The translations under genes and the position numbers were made by a program. The notes below the pieces were generated by a model. The model was not told the DNA's origin. It worked only from the letters and a program-made list of their open reading frames with translations, and ran no database searches. Of a stretch of 46,056 nucleotides of DNA, positions 9,725 through 18,588 are shown piece after piece. Positions within the stretch are counted from its first letter, which is position 1. Each line of letters starts with the position of its first letter. The stretch is from a virus (taxonomy: Duplodnaviria; Caudoviricetes), in the IMG/VR virus record IMGVR_UViG_3300020409_000930, positions 1 through 46,056 of that record. One strand, written 5' to 3'.

Positions 9725-10982
9725 ATTCAGCAAACTCCGGATTTATTTTTTCAAAAGGTCCTTGGTTTCTTGTTTCATCTAATTTTCTGTTAAAGTCTAC
9801 GCAGTCGTCCCAATATTGATGTAGGTCTTTTGCCTGTAAGAAATTTATGTTGTCTTGAATTTGTCTTAAAGTAATTTTTTCCAGTACAGGATGTTTTTGT
9901 ATTATAGGATAGTCTTTTACTTTATCTTTCATTGCTTCTAATTTTACAACCACTGCTTGTTTCAACTTTTCCGGAAGCACTTGCGCCGACAATGCTCTAG
10001 GATAATTTACTCTATGACTGTAGAACACAATCTCCATATCTCTTAAAAAATAATCAATGACTTTGTCTATCTGTAAAATGTTATTTGCTTGAACAGTGAA
10101 CGCACCTACAATACGACTTACTGAAGGTATCTTTTTCATTTCTTTTATGTTGTATTCAACATCTGCAAATTTTCCGTTACCTCTGATGTATTCGTATGTG
10201 TCGTGCAATCCATCTATACTGACATTTACAGCAACACTTTTAAACTTGGGCCAATACTCATGAACTGTTCTGCCACCCTTTATACCTAAGGTTGTACCGT
10301 TAGTTGCGTATTTTATTTCAATATTTTTTCCATTCTTAGACAGTAAGTCTAAAATTTTGTAGTGTGAAGGATCCATTAATGGTTCACCTCCTGCAAATTC
10401 AACACGTTTGAAATAAGGCAATAGTTTTTCCAAGTTTTCCCAGAAGTGCAACTTGTCTTCAAACAATCCCACGTATGGTGCTTTCTCCAATCCTAAACTC
10501 TTAACAGCATCTACAAGATAGTTTCCTTCTTTTTCGTAATGCGATACAATACTTTTCCAATCTTTCCATTGTGTACTGTCTAAAGGATTACACATCCTAC
10601 ACTTAAGGTTACAAAGATTGTTTATTTTAATTTCCATAGTTGGCAATTCAAAAGGCATAGAGTAGTCAGCACTTAAACTATCTAATGCATTAGGATATAA
10701 GTTGATTCTAGATTCTGGAGATGAATCTGTAATGTGTCTTTGCCTTAAACTTTGTACACCTTGGTCTTCTAGATCAAAACAAGGTTGGCACACAGCAGGT
10801 CTTTCGCCGTTAAGCACTTGACGTCTTACTTCTTTCATAGCGTCAGAGTTCCATGCTTCTTCAAGACTCATATCTTTTATATTGCCAATAGGAAGACTTC
10901 TGCAACACACTTTTATTGCTCCGTCCTCTCTAGTCGCTAATCCAGTAAATGGATGCATACAAAAGGTTTTACTCTTTGTCAC
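9717..10982 (-). CDS. Radical SAM protein with N-terminal twitch domain (paralog of 5764-7182)
   Basis: FCMHPF...VCC...CQPC; CNLKCRMC; FAGGEPL; SIDG. Confidence 0.88.
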   Translation of the reverse strand: MTKSKTFCMHPFTGLATREDGAIKVCCRSLPIGNIKDMSLEEAWNSDAMKEVRRQVLNGERPAVCQPCFDLEDQGVQSLRQRHITDSSPESRINLYPNALDSLSADYSMPFELPTMEIKINNLCNLKCRMCNPLDSTQWKDWKSIVSHYEKEGNYLVDAVKSLGLEKAPYVGLFEDKLHFWENLEKLLPYFKRVEFAGGEPLMDPSHYKILDLLSKNGKNIEIKYATNGTTLGIKGGRTVHEYWPKFKSVAVNVSIDGLHDTYEYIRGNGKFADVEYNIKEMKKIPSVSRIVGAFTVQANNILQIDKVIDYFLRDMEIVFYSHRVNYPRALSAQVLPEKLKQAVVVKLEAMKDKVKDYPIIQKHPVLEKITLRQIQDNINFLQAKDLHQYWDDCVDFNRKLDETRNQGPFEKINPEFAEYV

Positions 10983-11790
10983 TATTTGCTACTCCCCATT
11001 CTCTTTCTTTACACCAAAAACATTTACCACACACTGGCACGGGCGACCCTGGCACATATGTTCTGTAGTCTAAGTCGCCAAAGACATCAGGATATATGTC
11101 AGCGTCACCTTCACAACTTCTAGTAAGATCAAATAGGTCCATTATGCCTAATTTCTTATATTGAGCAACTATCCAATCTTTCTTTACGTATGTGAATGGG
11201 TGACAAGCATAGCCGCCCATGTGTGGTTTGATGAGTTTGTCTAGAGTCTTATCACTCAATGAGTCAATGACTACATCTCTGTCTGCTAGACGTTCATCAA
11301 ATTCTTTGTCTGGGTTTTGTGTAACTCCACAATACCAAGCATCTAATTTTTCTTTATGGGCAACGTATTCTGCGTGTGCCCGTAGTTCAATCTGATTACC
11401 GCTTTTAAGTTTTCCGTATTCATCTACAATGTTAGGACCTTTGGATCCCCATTCTAAATCCGGAGCAATAAAATTTTCGTGTCTTTGGAATTCTATATTT
11501 GGAAATGACTTGACCAACCAATTGTAAACATCTAAACTATTTTGTCTTTGCCATGGTCGTGTCTTCCAACATCTTATATTTGTTATTATGTGGACTTTGG
11601 TAAGCCATAAATTTTGTGTAATGATACTGCACAATAGCACAGACATCAATGCACTGTCTAATCCACCACTGACACTGATACCTATTCTTTTCCATTGGTC
11701 AGATAAAGGAAAAATTACTCCGTCTATCTCATGGAGAATCTTTTGATAAAGACTATTTTGATATACAGATTTTATAACATCATTAGACAT
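10969..11790 (-). CDS. QueC-like PP-loop ATPase (7-cyano-7-deazaguanine synthase fold)
   Basis: SGGLDS PP-loop; C-terminal TRSC...CGKCFWCKER Zn motif as in QueC; central region divergent. Confidence 0.65.
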   Translation of the reverse strand: MSNDVIKSVYQNSLYQKILHEIDGVIFPLSDQWKRIGISVSGGLDSALMSVLLCSIITQNLWLTKVHIITNIRCWKTRPWQRQNSLDVYNWLVKSFPNIEFQRHENFIAPDLEWGSKGPNIVDEYGKLKSGNQIELRAHAEYVAHKEKLDAWYCGVTQNPDKEFDERLADRDVVIDSLSDKTLDKLIKPHMGGYACHPFTYVKKDWIVAQYKKLGIMDLFDLTRSCEGDADIYPDVFGDLDYRTYVPGSPVPVCGKCFWCKEREWGVANSDKE

Positions 11791-11852
11791 AATTTGGACA
11801 TGAATATTTATCGTTATTAAATACGCATATTATTTTTTCCGATAAGTACAGT
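11791..11852. promoter_or_regulatory. Divergent late-promoter-like region
   Basis: CGATAAATA on minus strand (about 11805-11813) and CGATAAGTA on plus strand (11840-11848); resembles T4 late TATAAATA. Confidence 0.55.
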
Positions 11853-12524
11853 ATGCTCGAAGTAATCGCTACCAAAATAAATTACAAAGAAATCTACAAT
11901 TTGGTAAAAAATTTACCCACAGGTAAAAATGTTTTGACCAAACCTAGAGGTGACTTCTTCTATGATCCACATATCCTAAATGAAGAGTACAAGGGTACCG
12001 AAATAGAAAAACTTTTAGACCTTATACCTATGCATGGCGAGGCAAGAGTAATTGTAATGGAGCCGGGTCAAAGTTATTCTGCCCATGCTGACATAGATGA
12101 TAGATGGCATTTAACCTTAGATGCCGATGAAAGTTACCTTGTAGATTTACAAAATGAAAAAATGTGGAAACTAATTGCTGATGGCAACTTATATCTAATG
12201 GATTCGGGCAGATTACACACTGCAAGTAACTATGGATACAAACCACGTTTTCAACTGGTAATTCGCAAAAGATTGAAAGGGAGACATCTTGAGAATCCTG
12301 TGTTCTTCAATTTAACTTTGATAGATCCACCATACAATGTCAGATACCTATTTGATAAAAGTTTTTCTATATTATTAAACAAATTAGAAAAAGCAGAAAA
12401 AATTACTAATTTTAGGAAAGTAAGTGATAAAGAAATTGAATTTGTTATAGAAAATGAAGAGATTCCTAGAATAAAAGAATTACAACAGTCTTGTGGTTTT
12501 AAATTTGAGATTAGAAATGCCTAA
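11853..12524 (+). CDS. Asp/Asn beta-hydroxylase-like cupin/2OG-Fe(II) oxygenase
   Basis: YSAHADID (HxD), LHTASN, PRFQLV. Confidence 0.65.
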   Translation: MLEVIATKINYKEIYNLVKNLPTGKNVLTKPRGDFFYDPHILNEEYKGTEIEKLLDLIPMHGEARVIVMEPGQSYSAHADIDDRWHLTLDADESYLVDLQNEKMWKLIADGNLYLMDSGRLHTASNYGYKPRFQLVIRKRLKGRHLENPVFFNLTLIDPPYNVRYLFDKSFSILLNKLEKAEKITNFRKVSDKEIEFVIENEEIPRIKELQQSCGFKFEIRNA

Positions 12525-13137
12525 ATGGAAAAAATTTTACAAATTTAAAGAAGGACTCGCTGTGACGAATTTGCTTTACGAACCTCTTGTAAGCAAAGAC
12601 AAAAAAATTTTTTGTATGAACTGGAACAAAAATGAATATCATCCTAACGAATTTATGACAGAAGAATTATACAACTTTTGGTTTAATCAAGAAGTCAAAT
12701 ATCTGTTGCATTTAAGCAACAAGAAATATATTCCTGAAATTTTATATCTTGATACAAAAAATCGCATGATAGAATTTAAATGGTACGACAAAAATTTAAA
12801 TGTAATGATTGAAAACAACACAATTAACAAAATTAAAAATTGGCAAAACAAAATTAAGGAAATAAAAGATGATTTAGAGAAAGATAAGATATTCAAAATC
12901 AATATGTATCCGCACACCTTCTATTTTGATGATGATGACAACGCACACATAATGGATCTATATGGTTGCACGGATAGATACAGCAGATATTTGGACACAA
13001 GGTTCCTTAAACCTCTAATACGCAACAAAAGATTTGATAAATTCATAGTAAACGAAAGATTAGACACACATGAATTGTATAAAGAAACAATCAAAACAAA
13101 TTATGCTGAATGGCCAGGAGATTTTTTAAATGCTTGA
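12517..13137 (+). CDS. Degenerate protein-kinase-like fold protein
   Basis: FNQEVKYL...IPEIL; KINMYPHTF in the catalytic-loop position; IMDLYG (DFG-like). Confidence 0.4.
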   Translation: MPKWKKFYKFKEGLAVTNLLYEPLVSKDKKIFCMNWNKNEYHPNEFMTEELYNFWFNQEVKYLLHLSNKKYIPEILYLDTKNRMIEFKWYDKNLNVMIENNTINKIKNWQNKIKEIKDDLEKDKIFKINMYPHTFYFDDDDNAHIMDLYGCTDRYSRYLDTRFLKPLIRNKRFDKFIVNERLDTHELYKETIKTNYAEWPGDFLNA

Positions 13138-13666
13138 GTTTGTGGGTAATTGTAATCATATCCTTAATTGGAATGAAATAATAAATGAGGTAAAAGACCA
13201 GGAAGGCAAGTGTGCCTGCAAATATCTACCTGTGTCTGAAGTGCCAGAACTAAAAGAAATTAATGATGCACTGGGCAATTACTGTCAACCATCCATAGAA
13301 TGGATCAATTACTATCCAGGCAAAGAGTTTTCCATGGAGGTTGCGGAGAAGTTTGGAGAATTTGTTGGTGCTCCTAGAATGATTAAGAGTTGGATATCTA
13401 AAATATATCCTGGAAAGACTGCACCATGGCATTGGGATTGGGACGTTGACTGGAAGAAATACACAGAACAAGGTAATCCTGTAAGATTCACAGCAATGAT
13501 AAATGAACCTGCACCAGGACACGTGTTTATTGTAGGCGATGAAGCATTGTACAATGAAAAACAAGGAGATGTTCACAAGTGGCCTGACTTTAGATCATAT
13601 CATGGTGGAACCAATTGTGGACTTGTACCTAAATTTAATTTTAATTACTTGGCATACGCAGAATGA
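13130..13666 (+). CDS. Cupin/2OG-Fe(II) oxygenase-like protein, paralog 1 of 3
   Basis: FVGNC...W N-terminus, PWHWD, YHGGTNCG. Confidence 0.65.
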   Translation: MLEFVGNCNHILNWNEIINEVKDQEGKCACKYLPVSEVPELKEINDALGNYCQPSIEWINYYPGKEFSMEVAEKFGEFVGAPRMIKSWISKIYPGKTAPWHWDWDVDWKKYTEQGNPVRFTAMINEPAPGHVFIVGDEALYNEKQGDVHKWPDFRSYHGGTNCGLVPKFNFNYLAYAE

Positions 13667-14217
13667 AACAATACGTAGGAAATTGTAGTGATGTTATAGA
13701 CTGGAATGCAGTTGTGGACAGTGTTGCCAATTCTAAACCAGCATACCAAGGACCTCGGCACACAAAGAACGATGATCTACCCGGCATAAAAGAAATTAGT
13801 GAAGCATGGGACAAGGCAGGATACACACTGGCATCAGAAGGTGGCACGGTAGGTTGGGATATGTGTATACCTGAAACTAATTTTGACAAGAAGATTGTGC
13901 AACAGTTCAGTGATTATGTTGGAGTAGATGTATTGAGTTGTTGGGTCAGCGTCATACATCAAGGATATCATGCACCATGGCATTGGGACACACAGGACAA
14001 TGAAGAAGAATTAAGAAAGTTAGGTCCCATTGAAAGATTTCATGTGCATATGCAGGACACACGTCCAGGACATATACTAATTGTTGAAGATGAATTGTAC
14101 TATAACGCAAAACAAGGTGACGTTTACAAGTGGCCAGATAGAAATGCATGGCACGCCGGCAGTAATTGTGGGCAAAATCCAAAATACATTTTTAACTTCT
14201 TCGGAACAAAGAGATGA
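13663..14217 (+). CDS. Cupin/2OG-Fe(II) oxygenase-like protein, paralog 2 of 3
   Basis: YVGNCSDVIDW, PWHWD, WHAGSNCG. Confidence 0.65.
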   Translation: MKQYVGNCSDVIDWNAVVDSVANSKPAYQGPRHTKNDDLPGIKEISEAWDKAGYTLASEGGTVGWDMCIPETNFDKKIVQQFSDYVGVDVLSCWVSVIHQGYHAPWHWDTQDNEEELRKLGPIERFHVHMQDTRPGHILIVEDELYYNAKQGDVYKWPDRNAWHAGSNCGQNPKYIFNFFGTKR

Positions 14218-14744
14218 AAAAATACATAGGTAATTGCAGTGATGCTTTCGATTGGGATCAGATAATACAAAAGTTTGATGAAAAGCAAGTCAGTCACAAA
14301 AAATACGAGGAAGGTTCCACAGCAAGTAAAGAAATAGATGATGCATGGGCAGAGTCCAAGGAGTCAGTTGACTTCTTCACATATCACACAGGAGAAGCGT
14401 ATGATCCGGACCTTGATAAACGCTTTGGCGAATGGATAGGTTGCGAACCTTACATGGCTTGGTTCAGCAAGATGGGTACAGGCAAAAGTTGTGGGCAACA
14501 CGAAGACAAAGAAATTGCTGAAAGAATAGAGAGCGAAGGAAAAAATATGAATGACTTTGTAAGGTATCATGTACACGTGACTGAACCGTGTATGGGTGGT
14601 GTGTTAATAATTGAAAAGGATTGTTATCATATGGAAGACAAAGGCAGTGTTTGGGAATGGAGTACGCCAGATGCTTTACATCTTGGAGTAAATGCTGGAC
14701 ACAAAACAAAAGTATTATATCATTTTGTTGGAAAGAAAAAATGA
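14214..14744 (+). CDS. Cupin/2OG-Fe(II) oxygenase-like protein, paralog 3 of 3
   Basis: YIGNCSDAFDW, QHED, LHLGVNAG. Confidence 0.62.
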   Translation: MKKYIGNCSDAFDWDQIIQKFDEKQVSHKKYEEGSTASKEIDDAWAESKESVDFFTYHTGEAYDPDLDKRFGEWIGCEPYMAWFSKMGTGKSCGQHEDKEIAERIESEGKNMNDFVRYHVHVTEPCMGGVLIIEKDCYHMEDKGSVWEWSTPDALHLGVNAGHKTKVLYHFVGKKK

Positions 14745-15325
14745 AAAAATTGCAATTTGACTACTGGCCCATATTAAGATCCGATGATGGAACTAATCCT
14801 TTAATATTAGAAGGACAACTGCAAGACCTATTATTGACGCATTGGAACAACAAAGAGTGCTGGCCCACAATAGAGTTAAGCAAAGAGGGATATGAAAAAG
14901 GTTCTGTGTTTAGAAGTTGTGATATAGATTTTGATAACAAATACAACATCATTAACTTACTTAATAAACAAACATGGTTAAAAACTAATGAAACTGTGGA
15001 CATACCTGCAACAATAGAAATAAGTCAAGTCGAAGAAGACAAATGGAGAATAGATTTTGCCTACAACTGGGCAAACATTGTGAAAGAAGAACTGCATTAT
15101 TTCAACGACAAGTTTGGCATAGGCACAGAAAAGTTTCATTTTAAAGTAAACGGTGAGGCATGGATTGCCAATCAGGAGATTAAATCAGGAGAATTGTACA
15201 AAGTATCCAACACAATTAAATGGAAAGCAACAACTCCTTTGATGTTTGAGATAGAAGAATTTGGTTGGAGCAATCAATCCGAACTTACAAGATTTATACA
15301 AGGAGTGAGATGGACTATAAAATAG
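14741..15325 (+). CDS. Hypothetical protein
   Basis: ATGA-coupled start at 14741; no recognisable motif. Confidence 0.6.
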   Translation: MKKLQFDYWPILRSDDGTNPLILEGQLQDLLLTHWNNKECWPTIELSKEGYEKGSVFRSCDIDFDNKYNIINLLNKQTWLKTNETVDIPATIEISQVEEDKWRIDFAYNWANIVKEELHYFNDKFGIGTEKFHFKVNGEAWIANQEIKSGELYKVSNTIKWKATTPLMFEIEEFGWSNQSELTRFIQGVRWTIK

Positions 15326-15870
15326 TAATAACAGGACACACATCACCAATGGGTAAAGAACTTTATGCCCACCTATCAAAGGAGTATGAAGTAATTGGAG
15401 TTTCTAGAGAATCGGGATACGATCTAACAAAACAAGAAGATGTAGAAAAGGTAGTCGACATGGCTTTAGATGCAGATCTCTTTATAAATCTTGCACACGT
15501 TGGTTCAACACAATCGCAACTATTGATAATGATTAATAATAAATGGAACAAAGAAAGCAGACTGGGACTTGTGATTAGTTTTGGTTCATTGGCAACAAAA
15601 TTAGATAACGACATCCTACGTGCCGTTAACATAGACAGACAGTATCTAGCGGACAAGCACAAACTTGATGCAGTCAACAATAGTCTAGCAAATCAGAAAC
15701 CTTTCGGTGAGCAGTGTCAATTCACTTTGGTGCGTGTACTAAACTATGGTGAGAAGACAGGATCTAGAGAAGGCGAACCAACTTGCAACGCAGACGATAT
15801 CATTAGAACTGTCGATTATATTATTAATGAACCTATGTATGTAGGTGTTTTAGATATTAGACGTTTTTAA
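15310..15870 (+). CDS. Short-chain dehydrogenase/reductase-like (short Rossmann) protein
   Basis: IVITGHTSPMG, FINLA, YLADK (YxxxK); AGGAG SD before ATG 15310. Confidence 0.75.
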   Translation: MDYKIVITGHTSPMGKELYAHLSKEYEVIGVSRESGYDLTKQEDVEKVVDMALDADLFINLAHVGSTQSQLLIMINNKWNKESRLGLVISFGSLATKLDNDILRAVNIDRQYLADKHKLDAVNNSLANQKPFGEQCQFTLVRVLNYGEKTGSREGEPTCNADDIIRTVDYIINEPMYVGVLDIRRF

Positions 15871-16492
15871 TTTGCATACCACGTGGTAATCCACCGTGTG
15901 GTCTTCCGTCCCAAGGATTAAATTTATCTCCATTCACATCTGTGTAATGATAGAATACTTGGGCACAGGCTATTCCATGGAATGGATCTCTCCAGTGTTC
16001 TATTTCGCAACCTTTGTAAACCATAGCGTCTCCTGGCTCAAGATCAACTGCTATTTCTCCTTGATCATTTTTTACCCATATGCTCCAAGGTTTGCGTGTT
16101 GCACAATTACTGTCGTCCCAGTCTAAACACACAGTCGCTGATATTTCACAACTGGGTCTATCTTTGTGCCTCTCTAGTATTGCATTGTTTTGATACATTC
16201 TATAATAAGTGTAGGATGGTGCAAGTTGCATACCTGTAACTATTTCAATTTGTTTTCCATGCATCATTAACATACTATCCATTAAAGGATCTCCGTATTG
16301 TGCATAGTTGCCAGGACATTGTTTATCCGTAAATGTTCCGTCCCATGCCTCTCTGAATTTTTCTTTGTCGTGTTGCTGTTTCATTTCGCAACGTCTAGCA
16401 TTTAATCTAACATAATTGTATAATGTTTTACACCAATCAGGATCAATTAATCCTTTTATTATTGTGTAATGATCTTTATCGAATTGGGGCAT
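15857..16492 (-). CDS. 2OG-Fe(II) oxygenase (phage prolyl-hydroxylase-like type)
   Basis: YYRMY...LERHKDRPSCEISAT, PGDAMVYKGCEIEHWR. Confidence 0.8.
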   Translation of the reverse strand: MPQFDKDHYTIIKGLIDPDWCKTLYNYVRLNARRCEMKQQHDKEKFREAWDGTFTDKQCPGNYAQYGDPLMDSMLMMHGKQIEIVTGMQLAPSYTYYRMYQNNAILERHKDRPSCEISATVCLDWDDSNCATRKPWSIWVKNDQGEIAVDLEPGDAMVYKGCEIEHWRDPFHGIACAQVFYHYTDVNGDKFNPWDGRPHGGLPRGMQIKNV

Positions 16493-17298
16493 TAGTATTC
16501 GGATAATTTATCTATGCCTAATTTTTTACGAAATTTGTCTGTGAATACACAATCAATCCTTAAGCCGTATTCCTGTTCTGCATTGACTTCTCCGCCGTGC
16601 CAGTCCTGATCATTCCAGAAAGCCGCATTGGAATTTATGTATACTTTGTTTTGTTTTTCAGGATCCCATATGTAGAATCCTCTTTTTGTGTTGTGTCTTA
16701 TGTGTATGAATTCATTTTTGTGACCACTGTATCCTTGATTGTCTCCATGCTTTCCATCAAGGTCTCTGTGTTCAAAAGGTTTCCCGTCATGTTCGCAATG
16801 AAAGAATATTACTCTACCTATGCTTTCTATGATGCCCGTGTTTACTAATTCTTTAATCCAAGCCACTAAACCTGGAAAGTATTTTGCTTCTTCCGTAATA
16901 TTTCTTTCTGCATTTCTTTGATCCCAATCTCCTTCTTCCCAAAGGAAATAATATATGTAAGGATCCTTTGCACCCAATACCGCTTTCAGATATCGTGTGA
17001 ATTGATTGCGTGTTTTGTAATCTTTGATGTTTGCATAAAGGTCATCACCATTTTTTCTGATGGGATCACTTTCTGGTAGTGCTTTGTATTCTTCCAAAGC
17101 CATATAAATTGGTTTCCAATTTAATTGGTAACTCATATCTTTTGGATCAAATCCAGGTGACATCCAAGTTCCTTCTTTGGCATATTCTCTTGCCAAAGCA
17201 AACCCTCTACATATTTCTGGATGTAAATTCCTAAAACCTTCTATGTCTATGTGTTCGTCTAGTGCTATGTACGGTTGACCGCCAATTCCTTTGATCAT
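16492..17298 (-). CDS. Cupin/2OG-Fe(II) oxygenase-like protein
   Basis: FEHRD, DWHGG, LRID; start moved to ATG 17298. Confidence 0.55.
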   Translation of the reverse strand: MIKGIGGQPYIALDEHIDIEGFRNLHPEICRGFALAREYAKEGTWMSPGFDPKDMSYQLNWKPIYMALEEYKALPESDPIRKNGDDLYANIKDYKTRNQFTRYLKAVLGAKDPYIYYFLWEEGDWDQRNAERNITEEAKYFPGLVAWIKELVNTGIIESIGRVIFFHCEHDGKPFEHRDLDGKHGDNQGYSGHKNEFIHIRHNTKRGFYIWDPEKQNKVYINSNAAFWNDQDWHGGEVNAEQEYGLRIDCVFTDKFRKKLGIDKLSEY

Positions 17299-17337
17299 AC
17301 AACTATTTACTTTTAAATACAACACAAATAAATTATT
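17299..17337. promoter_or_regulatory. Divergent late-promoter-like region
   Basis: TAAATA on minus (17304-17309) 5 nt before ATG 17298; TAAATA on plus (17314-17319). Confidence 0.5.
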
Positions 17338-17901
17338 ATGGCTTTTAGGTTAATACCATATTCTGATAAATTGGATCTTACCGAATTCTATCATACAGCC
17401 AACCAAAAAGGATTTGTCAACAATAGTTCCAAAAAAATGTTGATAGATTCACTGTCTAAAGAAGACAGATACATGGTATGGATGTTGACTTGGAAAGGAA
17501 AGATTATAGGATCCACCGCGGCTCACAGTTTTCCTGAAATGGGTCCAGACAGTTATAGAATTGCCTGTAGGATCTGTACGTTCACAGATCAATTGCCTAA
17601 AGAATATCAAGTGGTGCGGACACGTGAAACAATAAGAACACATCAAACTACAACGCAACAATTTTTTCAACCTGCTGGAATTATGTGGGCAGGATTCAAC
17701 AAAAATTATTATGTCACTACAAATGAAAATGCAGAAGGCACTCAAAGGCTAGTGCATTCTATAGTGGCACCAACATTGGAAAGCACAGGCGTCTACACAA
17801 AAATAAAAGAACTAGATTACAGAGGCACACGTCAAACCGTGTGGCGTGTAAATGCCGATTTGTATTTCCAACAACTTGCACAGGTAAAATCATGGACTTA
17901 A
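17338..17901 (+). CDS. GNAT-like acyltransferase
   Basis: WMLTWKGKIIGSTAAH...YRIACRIC...YYVTTN pattern is GNAT-like. Confidence 0.4.
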   Translation: MAFRLIPYSDKLDLTEFYHTANQKGFVNNSSKKMLIDSLSKEDRYMVWMLTWKGKIIGSTAAHSFPEMGPDSYRIACRICTFTDQLPKEYQVVRTRETIRTHQTTTQQFFQPAGIMWAGFNKNYYVTTNENAEGTQRLVHSIVAPTLESTGVYTKIKELDYRGTRQTVWRVNADLYFQQLAQVKSWT

Positions 17902-18584
17902 CAGATTTTAAATATTATTGGAACGACGTACCTGGCAAAGGTTTGTGTAGGAACAATTTAATTTATACAAGTCTTATAAATCATTCAAAAAGTGAATTTT
18001 GTATGTGGTTCAAACACAATTCAGAATATCACAAAGGACACGAGCAGGTTGTAGACCAAGACTTGATGGAGTCTAAATATGCAAGGGAAAAAGATTTTCT
18101 TTTATCACTTGATGTTGATCATAAAGATCTCATTCCCGAAATTACAAGAATAGATCCAGACAATCAAGCAATATATTTTAAAATACAAGGAGTTGACTTT
18201 TGGGAAGAAAGCCATGGCAAGAAATATGAGGAAGTGTTGCCAGACTGGGAGAAACAGATGTTACGTATTTTAGAGAAGCATAAACAATTAGGAATATACA
18301 AATATAGTTTACATCCTAGCAGTTATTGGGTAGTGGATAGAGAATTGAAAAATGTTAATTATTTTTTCGCATATCATAACACAGAAAATAAAATCACAGT
18401 AAAAGATCATTTAAGTCACATATCAACTGAACGTCAAAATGAATTAATGCCTCAGATGGAAAAATTAGGCATAGAAGTAGACAAGACATACCCGTTCGAT
18501 AAACTCCAAATATTGTGTTTGGAAAGTTTTAGAAATGTGTATCCCGATTCGTTCATTGATAAGGCAATTTCAATTTATAAGTAG
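17892..18584 (+). CDS. Degenerate kinase-like protein (paralog of 12517-13137)
   Basis: NLIY...FCM.F...YAREKDFL...IPEI...KYSLHPSSY is collinear with 12517-13137. Confidence 0.45.
   Translation: MDLTDFKYYWNDVPGKGLCRNNLIYTSLINHSKSEFCMWFKHNSEYHKGHEQVVDQDLMESKYAREKDFLLSLDVDHKDLIPEITRIDPDNQAIYFKIQGVDFWEESHGKKYEEVLPDWEKQMLRILEKHKQLGIYKYSLHPSSYWVVDRELKNVNYFFAYHNTENKITVKDHLSHISTERQNELMPQMEKLGIEVDKTYPFDKLQILCLESFRNVYPDSFIDKAISIYK
18576..18583 (+). promoter_or_regulatory. T4 late-type promoter motif TATAAGTA
   Basis: One mismatch to TATAAATA, 5 nt before ATG 18589. Confidence 0.5.
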
Positions 18585-18588
18585 TAGT

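Noticed and set aside
11772-11801. Short out-of-frame upstream ORF (MSKLCLMML) overlapping the QueC-like start
   Set aside because: Nine codons is easily chance in AT-rich DNA; no supporting evidence
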